DNA of 50,538 nt, from NCBI GenBank assembly GCA_031268035.1, contig JAIRXW010000027.1, positions 1 through 50,538 on the forward strand, in the 5' to 3' direction. The notes below the pieces were generated by a model, which saw only the letters and a list, made by a program, of their open reading frames with translations, ran no database searches and was not told where the DNA came from. Shown here piece by piece: positions 1 to 9,617 of this stretch. Positions within the stretch are counted from its first letter, which is position 1; each line of letters opens with the position of its first letter. Source of the stretch: Rickettsiales bacterium. GTDB lineage: Bacteria > Pseudomonadota > Alphaproteobacteria > Rickettsiales > UBA1997. The translations under genes were made by a program, and so were the position numbers.

Positions 1-110
1 AAATAATTGCCCTATCGATGCTAAAAAAAGGTTTACCTCTAGATATGATAGTCGAATGCACCGGCCTTTCCCCGGAGGAAATTACCAAACTAGCCCAGAA
101 ACTGGACTAG
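1..110 (+). CDS. 3' end of a gene entering from the left edge; the tail resembles the C-termini of Rpn / PD-(D/E)XK 'putative transposase' family proteins
   Basis: The frame starting at nt 3 reads IIALSMLKKGLPLDMIVECTGLSPEEITKLAQKLD, with TAG at 108-110. The G-L-S/P-x-E-E-I tail is typical of that family. Only 36 codons are visible. Confidence 0.35.
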   Translation, partial: IIALSMLKKGLPLDMIVECTGLSPEEITKLAQKLD

Positions 111-116
111 GAGAAG

Positions 117-445
117 CTTCTAGTCCAACTAAACCTAGTGGAGGCTAATGGGTAGCCAATGACTAACTTGTGGCCAATACAAATATTCCCTGCCCTAGCC
201 TTCAGGTTTCCATCAGCAGTAGTTTCTAGTTCCGGTAGTTTCTAGTTCAATTGAACCTAGCAAGAGCTAATGGGTAGCCAATGACTAACTTGTGGCCAAT
301 ACAAATATTCCCCTGCCCTAGCCTTCAGGTTTCCATCGGCGGCAGTTTTTAATTCCGGGAATTTCTAGTTCAATTGAACTCAGTGAGGGCTGACGTATGG
401 TCTGCGGCCAATGCAAATATCCCCCTGCCCTAGCCTTTGAGTTCC
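117..445. repeat. Tandem repeat, about 2.7 copies of a 112-122 bp unit, whose last copy contains the stop codon and last codons of nusB
   Basis: GGGTAGCCAATGACTAACTTGTGGCCAATACAAATATTCC starts at 150 and again at 272 (period 122). A diverged third copy has GGCCAATGCAAATAT at 406. Units run approximately 117-238, 239-361 and 362-445. Confidence 0.9.
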
Positions 446-915
446 AGAGTCATCATTCTGTCTAAAACTCCATTGGTAAAATCAGTGCAATTTTTATCAC
501 AGAATTCTGCCACAATATCGACATACTCACTGATGATAATCTTTCTAGCTGTAGTAAAATTACTCAGTTCGAAACAGGCTAGCCTTAGACTTTGGAGTAC
601 TATGGAGTCAAGAGAATTTATACTGGAGCCATCCCGAAGAAGATTTTTGATTTTATCATCAAATTTCTCTCTGCCGATGATGACACCCTGGATAAGATTT
701 AGAGTGAACCTACCTCTGTAGATTCCTTGGTAGATATTTTTACCGTCGGTATCTCTAAGGGCATCCTCCACATAGTGGTCATTAACCATTCTAGAGAGAG
801 ATTCTATGTCTTTGTCTTCGTTATTTTGGTCATAGTACATAGCCAGTACCTGGCAGGCTATAAGTCTGGCTACACTCTTCTTAGATAACACTAAATCAAA
901 CTTTTGTGCAAACAA
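430..915 (-). CDS. nusB: Transcription antitermination factor NusB
   Basis: 161 aa. The N-terminal SVARLIACQVLAMYY helix and the overall length and helical pattern fit NusB. Confidence 0.75.
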   Translation of the reverse strand: MFAQKFDLVLSKKSVARLIACQVLAMYYDQNNEDKDIESLSRMVNDHYVEDALRDTDGKNIYQGIYRGRFTLNLIQGVIIGREKFDDKIKNLLRDGSSINSLDSIVLQSLRLACFELSNFTTARKIIISEYVDIVAEFCDKNCTDFTNGVLDRMMTLELKG

Positions 916-1215
916 TATGTTTCACATTAGCATATTGTTTTTAGTTTTTAAATAATCCCTCTGGCCAAAATGATCAACCCAGATCTCTGGGAATCTGATT
1001 CCGAGAAGCAAAGATTCCCTGGACCAGCAACAGCGCCTGACTAGAAAGTTAATTCTCTGTTCCAAAGGTATTTGATATTTATTTTATAGAGTGGTTAAAT
1101 AGCCCCAGAAAACAAACGGGGGATGTTAATCACCAGAAAGTTGTAAAAATTAATAATGTCACATTGACTTTTTAAAACCGAATAGCACCCTACGTTAATA
1201 ATCTAGTACTTTACA

Positions 1216-3657
1216 ATGAATCCGGACTTGAAAATTACTAACAGCCAATCTAACAGCGTCGATCCAAAGTTTGGAACCAAAAATTTTACGGTCGCCATCA
1301 TCTGTGGCGGTCCATCTCTAGAAAGGGGGATTTCTCTAAACTCCGCTAGATCTGTGCTAGATCATTTGGAAAACAAAAATGTGACAGTAAAAATATTGTA
1401 TGTTAACCCAAATTTGAATTTCTTTATCTTGGATAAAAAGCAGTTGTATTCGAATACTCCCTCGGATTTCGACTTTAAACTACTAGATTCTAGCGCCAAT
1501 CATCTTTCCGAAAAAAATTTTATAGCTGAATTAAAAAAAACAAACATAGTTTTTCCTCTCATCCATGGAAGCTATGGGGAGGACGGAGGTATCCAACAAC
1601 TTCTCGAAGATAATGCCCTGGCCTTTATCGGCAGCGGCAGTGCATCCTGCAGGTCTGGTTTTGATAAAATAGAGGCCTCAACAATTTTAAGTAAAAATGG
1701 TTTTTATGTTTTCCCCTCCGTACATTTTAAAGAAAATAGGGAGGAAAATGTAAAAATTATAGAGAGATTTTTTAAATTAAATAATCTCAGAAAGGCCGTG
1801 GTTAAACCGGCCTACGGAGGTTCTTCCATTGGAGTGCACTGCGTATATTCTCCCGATGAGGCCCTATCCAGAGTAAACGCACTATTTAGCCAGAACAATG
1901 CTCCAGTCATACTGGAACCCTTCTGCATAGGACAGGAATTTACCACAATTATTCTTAGAAACGCCAACGGAGGATGCCCAGTGGCGCTGCCGCCCACTGG
2001 AATAGAGATGAAATATGAGAATTATCAAATATTTGACTACAGAAGAAAATATTTGCCCACATCCCGAACAAGATTTCACACTCCGGCCAAATTTAGCGAA
2101 GAGGCGATAAAAAATATAATGAGATACTCCGAAGAAATATTCGAATTATTGAAACTAGAAGATATCGCGAGAATCGATGGCTGGCTATTGAATGATGGGA
2201 GGATTTGGTTTTCTGATATTAACATTGTCGCTGGAATGGAACAAAACAGTTTTGTTTTCCAACAGTCCACAAGAATTGGGATGACCCACAGAGATCTCGT
2301 CGGCTATGTGCTAGCATCGGCCTGCAGCAGATACGGTTTAGCATATCCTAGATATATCTCCGGGGGTAAAACCAGAAAGAAAGTCAATGTTTTATTTGGC
2401 GGTTCCAACGCAGAGAGGCAGATTTCTCTGATGAGCGGCACAAACGTCTGGCTGAAACTATTAAAATCTGAGAAATACTCTCCAAAGCCTTATTTTTTAG
2501 ATAAAAATGGCGATGTTTGGTATTTGCCCTATTCCTATGCCCTTAGCCACACGGTAGAGGAAATATACGATAATCTCCTGGAAACAGAGGAGATAGACAA
2601 AAAAACGAATCAAAGGCTAGTCGATGAGATATGTTCCAGACTAGATATTTCCCCGGGACAGAGCATAGAAACTCCAATCAGATATTCATTCGACAGGTTT
2701 GTAGCGCTGACAAAGAAGGAGAAGGCCTTCGTCTTTCTGGGGCTGCATGGAGGGATCGGCGAGGATGGAACCCTGCAGAGAAAGTTTGATGAAAATGGAC
2801 TGAAGTACAATGGCTCGGGGGAACAGGCCTCAGGTCTATGTATGGATAAATATGCCTCCGCCAAAGTCATCGAAAATCTTAGAGACGATGTTCTGACTGC
2901 TCTACCAAAAATAAAATTTAATCTCGATGATTTTAAAAATTTTTCCCGAGAGGACTATGCAAATTTTTTAGAGAAAATGGAAAAGAAACTCGGCTCCAAT
3001 AGTTTTATTCTGAAGCCCCGCAGCGATGGCAGCTCAGCTGGCATAGTGGAAATTTGCAACGCCAATGATCTTATAAATTACATAGATCTGCTGAAAAACG
3101 GTATTTTGTTCATACCCCCTCGTACCTTTAAAGGACAAATGGGCATAGTGGAAATGCCAAACAACAGTGCCCAGGATTTTTTACTGGAAAACTTTATAGA
3201 GGCGGATAAATTGATAATTAGAAACAATGACATAGTGCGGCAGGAAATCGACGGCTGGATTGAATTAACCGTTGGTATCCTAGAACACGGCGGGATCTAT
3301 CATTCACTGAGTCCGAGCATAACGGTGGCCGAAAGTAAAATTCTAACTCTAGAGGAAAAATTCCAGGGAGGAACTGGTGTTAACATCACGCCTCCCCCGA
3401 CGGAAATAATTAGTGCCGAGTTTTTGAAAATAATTAAACTAAACATTGAAAAAGCCGCGCGGGCACTAGCCATAGAAAATTACGCTAGACTTGATGTGTT
3501 TGTTAATCAGAAAAAAAATAAAATACTCTTCATCGAAGCAAATACCCTGCCGGCTCTGACCCCCTCTACGGTCATATTCCACCAGGCCCTCAGAGAGAGG
3601 GAGCCTCTGGTCCCAGAGAAATTTCTAGAGAAGCTCATTGAAATGAAAAATTTCTAA
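1216..3657 (+). CDS. ddl: Tandem double D-alanine--D-alanine ligase (two complete Ddl/ATP-grasp modules in one 813-aa ORF)
   Basis: Module 1 (aa ~24-375) has VAIICGGPSLERGISLNSA, PLIHGSYGEDGGIQQLLE and WFSDINIVAGMEQNS. Module 2 (aa ~388-813) has VNVLFGGSNAERQISLMSG, LGLHGGIGEDGTLQ and LFIEANTLPALTPST. Confidence 0.85.
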   Translation: MNPDLKITNSQSNSVDPKFGTKNFTVAIICGGPSLERGISLNSARSVLDHLENKNVTVKILYVNPNLNFFILDKKQLYSNTPSDFDFKLLDSSANHLSEKNFIAELKKTNIVFPLIHGSYGEDGGIQQLLEDNALAFIGSGSASCRSGFDKIEASTILSKNGFYVFPSVHFKENREENVKIIERFFKLNNLRKAVVKPAYGGSSIGVHCVYSPDEALSRVNALFSQNNAPVILEPFCIGQEFTTIILRNANGGCPVALPPTGIEMKYENYQIFDYRRKYLPTSRTRFHTPAKFSEEAIKNIMRYSEEIFELLKLEDIARIDGWLLNDGRIWFSDINIVAGMEQNSFVFQQSTRIGMTHRDLVGYVLASACSRYGLAYPRYISGGKTRKKVNVLFGGSNAERQISLMSGTNVWLKLLKSEKYSPKPYFLDKNGDVWYLPYSYALSHTVEEIYDNLLETEEIDKKTNQRLVDEICSRLDISPGQSIETPIRYSFDRFVALTKKEKAFVFLGLHGGIGEDGTLQRKFDENGLKYNGSGEQASGLCMDKYASAKVIENLRDDVLTALPKIKFNLDDFKNFSREDYANFLEKMEKKLGSNSFILKPRSDGSSAGIVEICNANDLINYIDLLKNGILFIPPRTFKGQMGIVEMPNNSAQDFLLENFIEADKLIIRNNDIVRQEIDGWIELTVGILEHGGIYHSLSPSITVAESKILTLEEKFQGGTGVNITPPPTEIISAEFLKIIKLNIEKAARALAIENYARLDVFVNQKKNKILFIEANTLPALTPSTVIFHQALREREPLVPEKFLEKLIEMKNF

Positions 3658-3732
3658 AATCACTGGAAAGGGCCAGGTTCTTCCGATTTTTTTTGTTCCA
3701 GAGTGCCCGGCAGACCATTGGGGTGACATTCA

Positions 3733-4440
3733 TTAAATGTTTTTATCGATAAATACCTTTGAATTCTGAATTTTAATTAATCCCTTCTGGCAGGCTCGCC
3801 ACAGAACAACGTCGATGAAGCCAATTTGCTCCCCAGTTTTTGAGAATAATTCCTCAAACATCCTGTCGCAGTATCCCTTGATTTTAGGTATAAGTTTTGA
3901 GTTATTCACCAGCGCCATATCTTCGAGTTCACCGTAGAAGGCAGTACCCAAACGCTGTATCCATATATCGTACTTAACAAAATTCAGCCCAAGATTCCTT
4001 GCTAGATGGTATTTTGTGATATTTCCCACATAGGGCAGCGTTCCCAAAAAATCTACCTTTTCTCCGGGAGTGGCCAGGGAATAAAACTTTTTCCGATATC
4101 TGTCCCGGTTACACCAGATATCCCATATAGCCGCAACTTTAGATTTATTACCATATATTTTGTCTAGATCGTCTCTGCTGCAATCCGGATTCTTAGAAAT
4201 AAAATCTATAATTTTTTCACACATAGCCTTAGCTATATCCTGCCTGAATCCAGCCACGCATATTACATAGAAACATTCCCAGGCGAATTCCTCCGAACTA
4301 AACACGGCCCCATTTCTCAAAAAAAGCTGTATTTCTCTAAAATTCCTCCTATCTGAGTCTAAACCCAGCACGTTCAGCCGGAACAGCAGATAATTGAATA
4401 TTGGATAGGTTATGGCGCCTATTTGCTCCATCGCGCTCAC
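3733..4440 (-). CDS. Hypothetical protein with a helix-hairpin-helix (HhH-GPD / endonuclease III-like) motif and no Fe-S cluster motif
   Basis: LGTLPYVGNITKYHLARNLGLNFVKYDIWIQRLG parallels the L-P-G-V-G-x-K-T-A...D-x-H-V-x-R-x-x-x-R-L-G segment of HhH glycosylases. It overlaps the upstream HAD gene by 4 nt. Confidence 0.4.
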   Translation of the reverse strand: MSAMEQIGAITYPIFNYLLFRLNVLGLDSDRRNFREIQLFLRNGAVFSSEEFAWECFYVICVAGFRQDIAKAMCEKIIDFISKNPDCSRDDLDKIYGNKSKVAAIWDIWCNRDRYRKKFYSLATPGEKVDFLGTLPYVGNITKYHLARNLGLNFVKYDIWIQRLGTAFYGELEDMALVNNSKLIPKIKGYCDRMFEELFSKTGEQIGFIDVVLWRACQKGLIKIQNSKVFIDKNI

Positions 4441-5141
4441 TCAAGGCTATCAATAAAGGCATCCATTTCCTCGGGTTTTCTACAAATTATAAAATTTGGA
4501 TCATCATTAATTCTATGTTTTTTGAGTTTTCTATTTTTATTCAGAGCAAAATTTAGGAAATAGTCAGATACCTTTTCTCTATAGACCTTCAGATCCGGCA
4601 TCCCATCCCCAATCATAATTATTTTTTCATCCGAACGAATAAAATCCTTATTTTTCAAAAATTTTATGATATTCTCCTTGCCACCATCATTTGCCAGAGG
4701 ATTACTCTCGTCGAAGCCAATTATATAGCCATTTTTATCGGCTATATGTTTATTGGCAAAATATATGTCCACACCGTGTTTTTCCATTATATCCTTTAGA
4801 ATTAATTTAAAGCTGTTACTTATAACTATAATTTTTCTATCCAGAGACCTGATGCGCTCCAGCAACTTTATGATGTGGGGAGACACCTTATCTTCCAGAA
4901 TCTTTGATACTCTCAGCAGATGCTCCTCTCTTAGAGATTGTTTTATTATTTCTATCTTCATTTTGAAATATTCTTTAAAACCAACCTCACTTTTCATACA
5001 AAGATCCGATAAAATTCTCAATTTACTCCCCACCTCGGACCTTCTCTGGTGCTCTCTAAGAGCCATATCAACCATCAAGTTTAGAGATTCTCCGTTAACA
5101 AATGTGGAATCAAAATCAATAACAAAAATGTCTATTTTCAT
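4437..5141 (-). CDS. HAD-superfamily phosphatase (phosphoserine phosphatase-like)
   Basis: DxDxT motif (VIDFDSTF) and GDGxxD motif (MIGDGMPD). The likely start is the MKIDIF ATG at 5141, directly after the recR stop, rather than the longer ORF-track start at 5189. Confidence 0.75.
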   Translation of the reverse strand: MKIDIFVIDFDSTFVNGESLNLMVDMALREHQRRSEVGSKLRILSDLCMKSEVGFKEYFKMKIEIIKQSLREEHLLRVSKILEDKVSPHIIKLLERIRSLDRKIIVISNSFKLILKDIMEKHGVDIYFANKHIADKNGYIIGFDESNPLANDGGKENIIKFLKNKDFIRSDEKIIMIGDGMPDLKVYREKVSDYFLNFALNKNRKLKKHRINDDPNFIICRKPEEMDAFIDSLE

Positions 5142-5142
5142 A

Positions 5143-5739
5143 TTAAAACTCTCTTTTATTTCTAAATGCAATGTCAAGCGTGCTGTCATCGAGACAACTG
5201 AGTTCGCTTCCCATGGGAACTCCCAATGCTGGCTGCGAAATTTTTATGTCAAATTCTTCCAGATGACTGGCTATATAAAAGGCTGTAGTCTGCCCATCGT
5301 TAGTGGGACTTGTGGCTATTATAACTTCTTCTATGGCATAGTCCTTTATCCTTTCTATAAGTTTTTCAATTCTTAGAACTTCGATTCCTCTTCCCTCTAT
5401 GGCCGATAGAGTGCCATCGAGAATATGGTATATCCCATTGTAAATGTTCACATTTTCTATAGCCCATAAATCCGCTATGTTTTCAACAATACATATGATT
5501 TGCCTGTTTCTCTTTGGATCTGAACAAATTTCACATACTTCCTCCGTAGTAAAATTACCACATAAATTACAGTTTCTTATCTTCAGGAAAGCCTCACTGA
5601 GGGAATCCAGAAGGGGTTTTATCATCTCTTCTCTATTCTGCAATAAACCTAACGCAATTTTTCTCGCACTTCTGTGCCCAACAAAGGGTAATCTCTGCAG
5701 AGAATTTACTAGATTATTTATTATGTAGTTTTTGCTCAT
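5143..5739 (-). CDS. recR: Recombination protein RecR
   Basis: HhH segment LPFVGHRSARKIA, C4 zinc finger CNLCGNFTTEEVCEIC, and a Toprim-like ICIVENIADLWAIE. Confidence 0.95.
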   Translation of the reverse strand: MSKNYIINNLVNSLQRLPFVGHRSARKIALGLLQNREEMIKPLLDSLSEAFLKIRNCNLCGNFTTEEVCEICSDPKRNRQIICIVENIADLWAIENVNIYNGIYHILDGTLSAIEGRGIEVLRIEKLIERIKDYAIEEVIIATSPTNDGQTTAFYIASHLEEFDIKISQPALGVPMGSELSCLDDSTLDIAFRNKREF

Positions 5740-6346
5740 TTCTAGTATTCACCTGCGGGTCTCTCAGATACACCGGTCGGATATCTCCCTCATTAAATTG
5801 CCCATTTATATATTTGAAATGGTTCAACGCCACAATCACAGCGGAATCAACTTGTCTAGAGACAATATTCGAACTTTTTAAAAAGTCCACATTGCCACGG
5901 TAGTTTGTTATTATGCGACTATCCCGGTCTAAAAGGTTATAACATTCATCTTTTTGAAGGTAACAATTATATTGTTCTTTGTTGCGTAGATACAAACTGC
6001 CATTATTAGTTTCTAATAGAATAAAATCGTATTCCTGTTGGAACGATAAAACCTGAAATAGGTCGTTTAGTATAATCCTGGTCTTCCCCATAGCACATTT
6101 GAGGGCCTTGATGAAGGCAATGGAAACCTTTAGGCCAATAAAACTACCTGGCCCATTTATGATGGAAAAACAATCGATGGAACTATAGGTAAGAGCATTT
6201 CTACGCAATACATTTTCGATGACAATCAGGAGTAGTTCAGCATGTTTATTTTCTGTATCGATAGATATATCATAGATTGGCTCTTTACCCTCCTGTAAAA
6301 TAATATGAATGCAATTCGTCGAAGTGTCTATTGTTAATATCTTCAT
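5714..6346 (-). CDS. tsaB: tRNA t6A biosynthesis protein TsaB (YeaZ)
   Basis: MKILTIDTST N-terminus and INGPGSFIGLKVSIAF (GPGSFTGLR-type motif). Confidence 0.8.
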   Translation of the reverse strand: MKILTIDTSTNCIHIILQEGKEPIYDISIDTENKHAELLLIVIENVLRRNALTYSSIDCFSIINGPGSFIGLKVSIAFIKALKCAMGKTRIILNDLFQVLSFQQEYDFILLETNNGSLYLRNKEQYNCYLQKDECYNLLDRDSRIITNYRGNVDFLKSSNIVSRQVDSAVIVALNHFKYINGQFNEGDIRPVYLRDPQVNTRNEQKLHNK

Positions 6347-6470
6347 ACTTCTCTTGACTATTTCAAAAAATTAGTGTATCTTATTTATCGATCCAATGAA
6401 AGTTTGTTTCTTTGGAGAAAATATTCAAGCGTCCAGTTACTGAAAGATTAAAGTTAAGGAAAATGAAAAA

Positions 6471-7028
6471 ATGGAAGAAGTGTTACACCCTTCGAGAAGA
6501 AGGACAATAGTTTTGATTGGGATGATGGGAGCCGGCAAAACAACTACAGGTTTTGGTTTGGCACAAAAACTCGGAATAAAATTTATGGACTCGGACAGAG
6601 AGATGGAAAAAATTGAAGGCATGACAATGGCGGAAATTTTCGAAAAAAAGGAACCTGCCCAGTTCAACGAGGTTGAAAAAAATATTATAAGAAAAATGCT
6701 AAAGACAACAAAACCGCAGGTTTTGTCCATAGGTGGTAATGCCTATGATGATCCAGATATAAGAAGGGAAATCAAAGAGAAAACCATCTCTGTGTTTGTC
6801 GATGTTGATCTAGATATTCTTATAAAAAGAGTTGAGAGGAGAAACAATAGGCCGTTTCTCGAGGGAAAGGATAAGGCGCGAGTTATGACCGATATGTATA
6901 ATGAAAAATATCCTATATACAGCACCACGGATATAGTGATCAACACAACCTATCTCAGCAAAGACGCTACAATAAACGTTATAATGCAACTTATAAGTGA
7001 TTATATAAATAGCTATGGCAAGAATTAA
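6471..7028 (+). CDS. aroK: Shikimate kinase
   Basis: Walker A IVLIGMMGAGKTTTG followed by FMDSD and MTMAEIFE, typical of AroK. Confidence 0.9.
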   Translation: MEEVLHPSRRRTIVLIGMMGAGKTTTGFGLAQKLGIKFMDSDREMEKIEGMTMAEIFEKKEPAQFNEVEKNIIRKMLKTTKPQVLSIGGNAYDDPDIRREIKEKTISVFVDVDLDILIKRVERRNNRPFLEGKDKARVMTDMYNEKYPIYSTTDIVINTTYLSKDATINVIMQLISDYINSYGKN

Positions 7029-7548
7029 CTCCACCCTGGGTAATGTGGAGATTTCCCTTTTCTCAAAACTGAAGAGGTATCTGTTTGTTTATAGTGCTTT
7101 TATATTTGCAACAGTTTTTCCTAAAACTCCGGGGCCCCTGTCGAGGATAGCTATTTTTTTCCCAGACATAAACATAATTTATGTTTTTTTTATTTTTTTC
7201 TGGTCCAAAGAGAAGAAAATTCCGATCTCTACGAATGATTTGTTTTTTTTTGGTCTCATAGTGGATGTTGTAAACTTTCTACCCATAGGTCTTTCTAGCC
7301 TAAGCTTTCTCGCTTCCTTTAGAATTATGTTAGAAATACACAAACATTCCACCAGAGGAGGGAGTATGTTGTATTTTATGGGTAACATAATGCTGTTCAT
7401 GTCTATATATATGTCCATACAGTGGTTTGCCTATTCGGCCTATAAAAATGTTTTCAGCTCTTTTACCCACGTTATACTAAATATATCAAAAAATTCAGCC
7501 TACAGTTTCCTAAGCTACCCACTATGGAAAAAATATAAAAATGTCTAA
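7015..7548 (+). CDS. mreD: Rod shape-determining protein MreD (polytopic membrane protein)
   Basis: 177 aa and multi-TM. FFFGLIVDVVNFLPIGLSSLSFL resembles the MreD G-L-x-x-D...P-x-G core. It overlaps the mrdA start by 8 nt. Confidence 0.5.
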   Translation: MARINSTLGNVEISLFSKLKRYLFVYSAFIFATVFPKTPGPLSRIAIFFPDINIIYVFFIFFWSKEKKIPISTNDLFFFGLIVDVVNFLPIGLSSLSFLASFRIMLEIHKHSTRGGSMLYFMGNIMLFMSIYMSIQWFAYSAYKNVFSSFTHVILNISKNSAYSFLSYPLWKKYKNV

Positions 7549-9400
7549 TCTACTGCAGGAACATATAAAGGGTTCGATTTTTATAGGGAGAGTACTGGCA
7601 TTCTCGGCCTTTCTGTTTGCTGCCTCTGGTCTGCTGCTCCTTAGACTTTTTTATTTGCAAATCAGAAGTTTCAACGAACTTAAAAACAGATCGGAGGAAA
7701 ATAGGATAAGAATAGATATTATCCCCCCTCTAAGGGGTGATATATTTGATAGAAATGACAACAGACTAACTAATAATAGGGTCAGCTACGGGGTTATTTT
7801 ACATCAGAACAAATACAGTTCAGCAAAAAGCATAATGAAAATTCTTGATACGGCAGCTGAAAGACAGCAGAAAATAATCAAAAAACTTGCGGCCAACAAA
7901 GATAGAAGGGCTATCTCTATAATAAACAATCTGACCTGGAACGAACTTGTTAAAATTTCAACTAACAGCTATATGGTTGATAATTTTTCTATCGACGAAG
8001 GCTACGTGAGAGAATATATCTACGGCAAAGAATTTGCCCATGTTCTTGGCTATGTGGCTATACCAGATGAAAATGACATAAAAAAACTATCCAGGCAAGC
8101 CGGGAAAAATATACTGCTGCACCCAAATTTTAAAATAGGCAAGGATGGCCTGGAAAGCTCGCTGAATTCCAAAATAACTGGAAAATCCGGTTACAAAAGA
8201 GTGGAAGTAAACGCCCGTAACATACCCGTAAGGGAAATTAACAGAAAAGATCCCACAAGGGGAGAAGATATAAAATTAACCCTGGACTCAAATCTTCAGA
8301 GAATGGTTTACAGCAAAGTTAAAAACCTTAGATCAGCTGTTATCGTTATGGACGTAGAAACCGGAGAAATACTGTCCATGGTATCTACACCATCCTTTGA
8401 GGCCAATGAATTTGTCGATGGCATATCTGGAGACTACTGGGCTGATCTATTGGCCGACGAGAGGAAGCCGATGCATAACAAGACTATCAATGCTCTATAC
8501 GCCATGGGCTCAACCTTTAAACCCATAGTGGCCATAGCTGCAATGGAGAACGGTTGGAATGAAAACAAAAAGATGGAATGTTCTGGGCTGCTGAAGATCA
8601 CCAAGAAATTAGACTTTAGATGTTGGAAAAAGAATGGACATGGCCACATTAACATCATAGAGGCGCTGGAAAGTTCCTGTAATATATTTTTCGCAAACCT
8701 TGGCGTTTTCGCCGGAATAAACAGTATTCACAGTGTCGCAAGACAACTGGGCATCGGGGAAAAATTTGAAATAGATTTGCCTGGCTACAACAATGGAATT
8801 CTTCCGAGCCCAGCATGGAAGAGAGAATACTATAGCGAAAGTTGGACCAGGGGGGACACAATAAATCTATCCATAGGACAGGGCTATGTGTCGGCCAATC
8901 CACTACAGCTGGCCATTATGGTCTCAAGAATAGCCAATGGCGGTTACCCCATAAAACCATTCCTGATTTACAACAGTAAAATAAGGGAATATAACAGGAA
9001 TTTATTTCTGAAAAAACCAATGTTTCAGGAAAAAAGTATAGCCATTACAAAAATCGGTATGTTCAATGTGGTAAACGGAAAATTTGGCACAGCCTCCTGG
9101 CTAAGAACAAAAAAACATTACCAAATATCTGGAAAAACCGGAACAGCCCAGGTGGTATCTCTAGAACTGAAGAAGAAAATGGAAAAACTTCTAAAGAACG
9201 GAGAAAAGCTAGAGGAAAAATATAGAGATCATGGCATTTTTATAGGATTCGCTCCCTTCGATAGACCTAAATACGCCGTGGTAGTGGTTGTGGAACACGG
9301 CGACAGCGGCAGCCTCAGCGCATCTCCCATAGCCATAGGCATATTGAAATATCTTCTGGATACATGGGAACAATTTTCAGATTACAAAATTAATTCATAG
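7541..9400 (+). CDS. mrdA: Penicillin-binding protein 2 (elongasome transpeptidase)
   Basis: N-terminal TM segment, RGDIFDRNDNRL, SxxK (STFK), SxN (SCN) and KTG (KTGT) motifs. Confidence 0.9.
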   Translation: MSNLLQEHIKGSIFIGRVLAFSAFLFAASGLLLLRLFYLQIRSFNELKNRSEENRIRIDIIPPLRGDIFDRNDNRLTNNRVSYGVILHQNKYSSAKSIMKILDTAAERQQKIIKKLAANKDRRAISIINNLTWNELVKISTNSYMVDNFSIDEGYVREYIYGKEFAHVLGYVAIPDENDIKKLSRQAGKNILLHPNFKIGKDGLESSLNSKITGKSGYKRVEVNARNIPVREINRKDPTRGEDIKLTLDSNLQRMVYSKVKNLRSAVIVMDVETGEILSMVSTPSFEANEFVDGISGDYWADLLADERKPMHNKTINALYAMGSTFKPIVAIAAMENGWNENKKMECSGLLKITKKLDFRCWKKNGHGHINIIEALESSCNIFFANLGVFAGINSIHSVARQLGIGEKFEIDLPGYNNGILPSPAWKREYYSESWTRGDTINLSIGQGYVSANPLQLAIMVSRIANGGYPIKPFLIYNSKIREYNRNLFLKKPMFQEKSIAITKIGMFNVVNGKFGTASWLRTKKHYQISGKTGTAQVVSLELKKKMEKLLKNGEKLEEKYRDHGIFIGFAPFDRPKYAVVVVVEHGDSGSLSASPIAIGILKYLLDTWEQFSDYKINS

Positions 9401-9617
9401 ATTTTACCTGGAACAGAAAAATTCTGGGCCCATCGATGATAATTCTAAACGTCCGCGGCCCTAGAGGCCTCAAATAATGTGTAAAGAGGCAGATTTCTGA
9501 GATGCTCACCACCCGCCATTCTGGAGACAAAAGCAAATGGCCCACGGCGAGCACAGGTTGATTTTTTTTAAAAGACAATCTATCATCACTTCGCAACTTT
9601 TTTAACCTGGAGAGATT

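Noticed and set aside
117-445. Possible CRISPR array (also considered for 22085-22240)
   Set aside because: The units are contiguous with no unique spacers, the unit lengths (112-122 bp and 51 bp) do not fit, the copies are diverged, and there are no cas genes in the window.
4753-5376. 207-aa plus-strand ORF
   Set aside because: It is antisense to the well-supported HAD phosphatase and recR genes, and its translation is low-complexity and hydrophobic.
9390-9596. 68-aa minus-strand ORF in the mrdA-porin spacer
   Set aside because: It has no RBS or recognisable motif, overlaps the mrdA stop and is probably a chance ORF. The spacer more likely holds the porin promoter.
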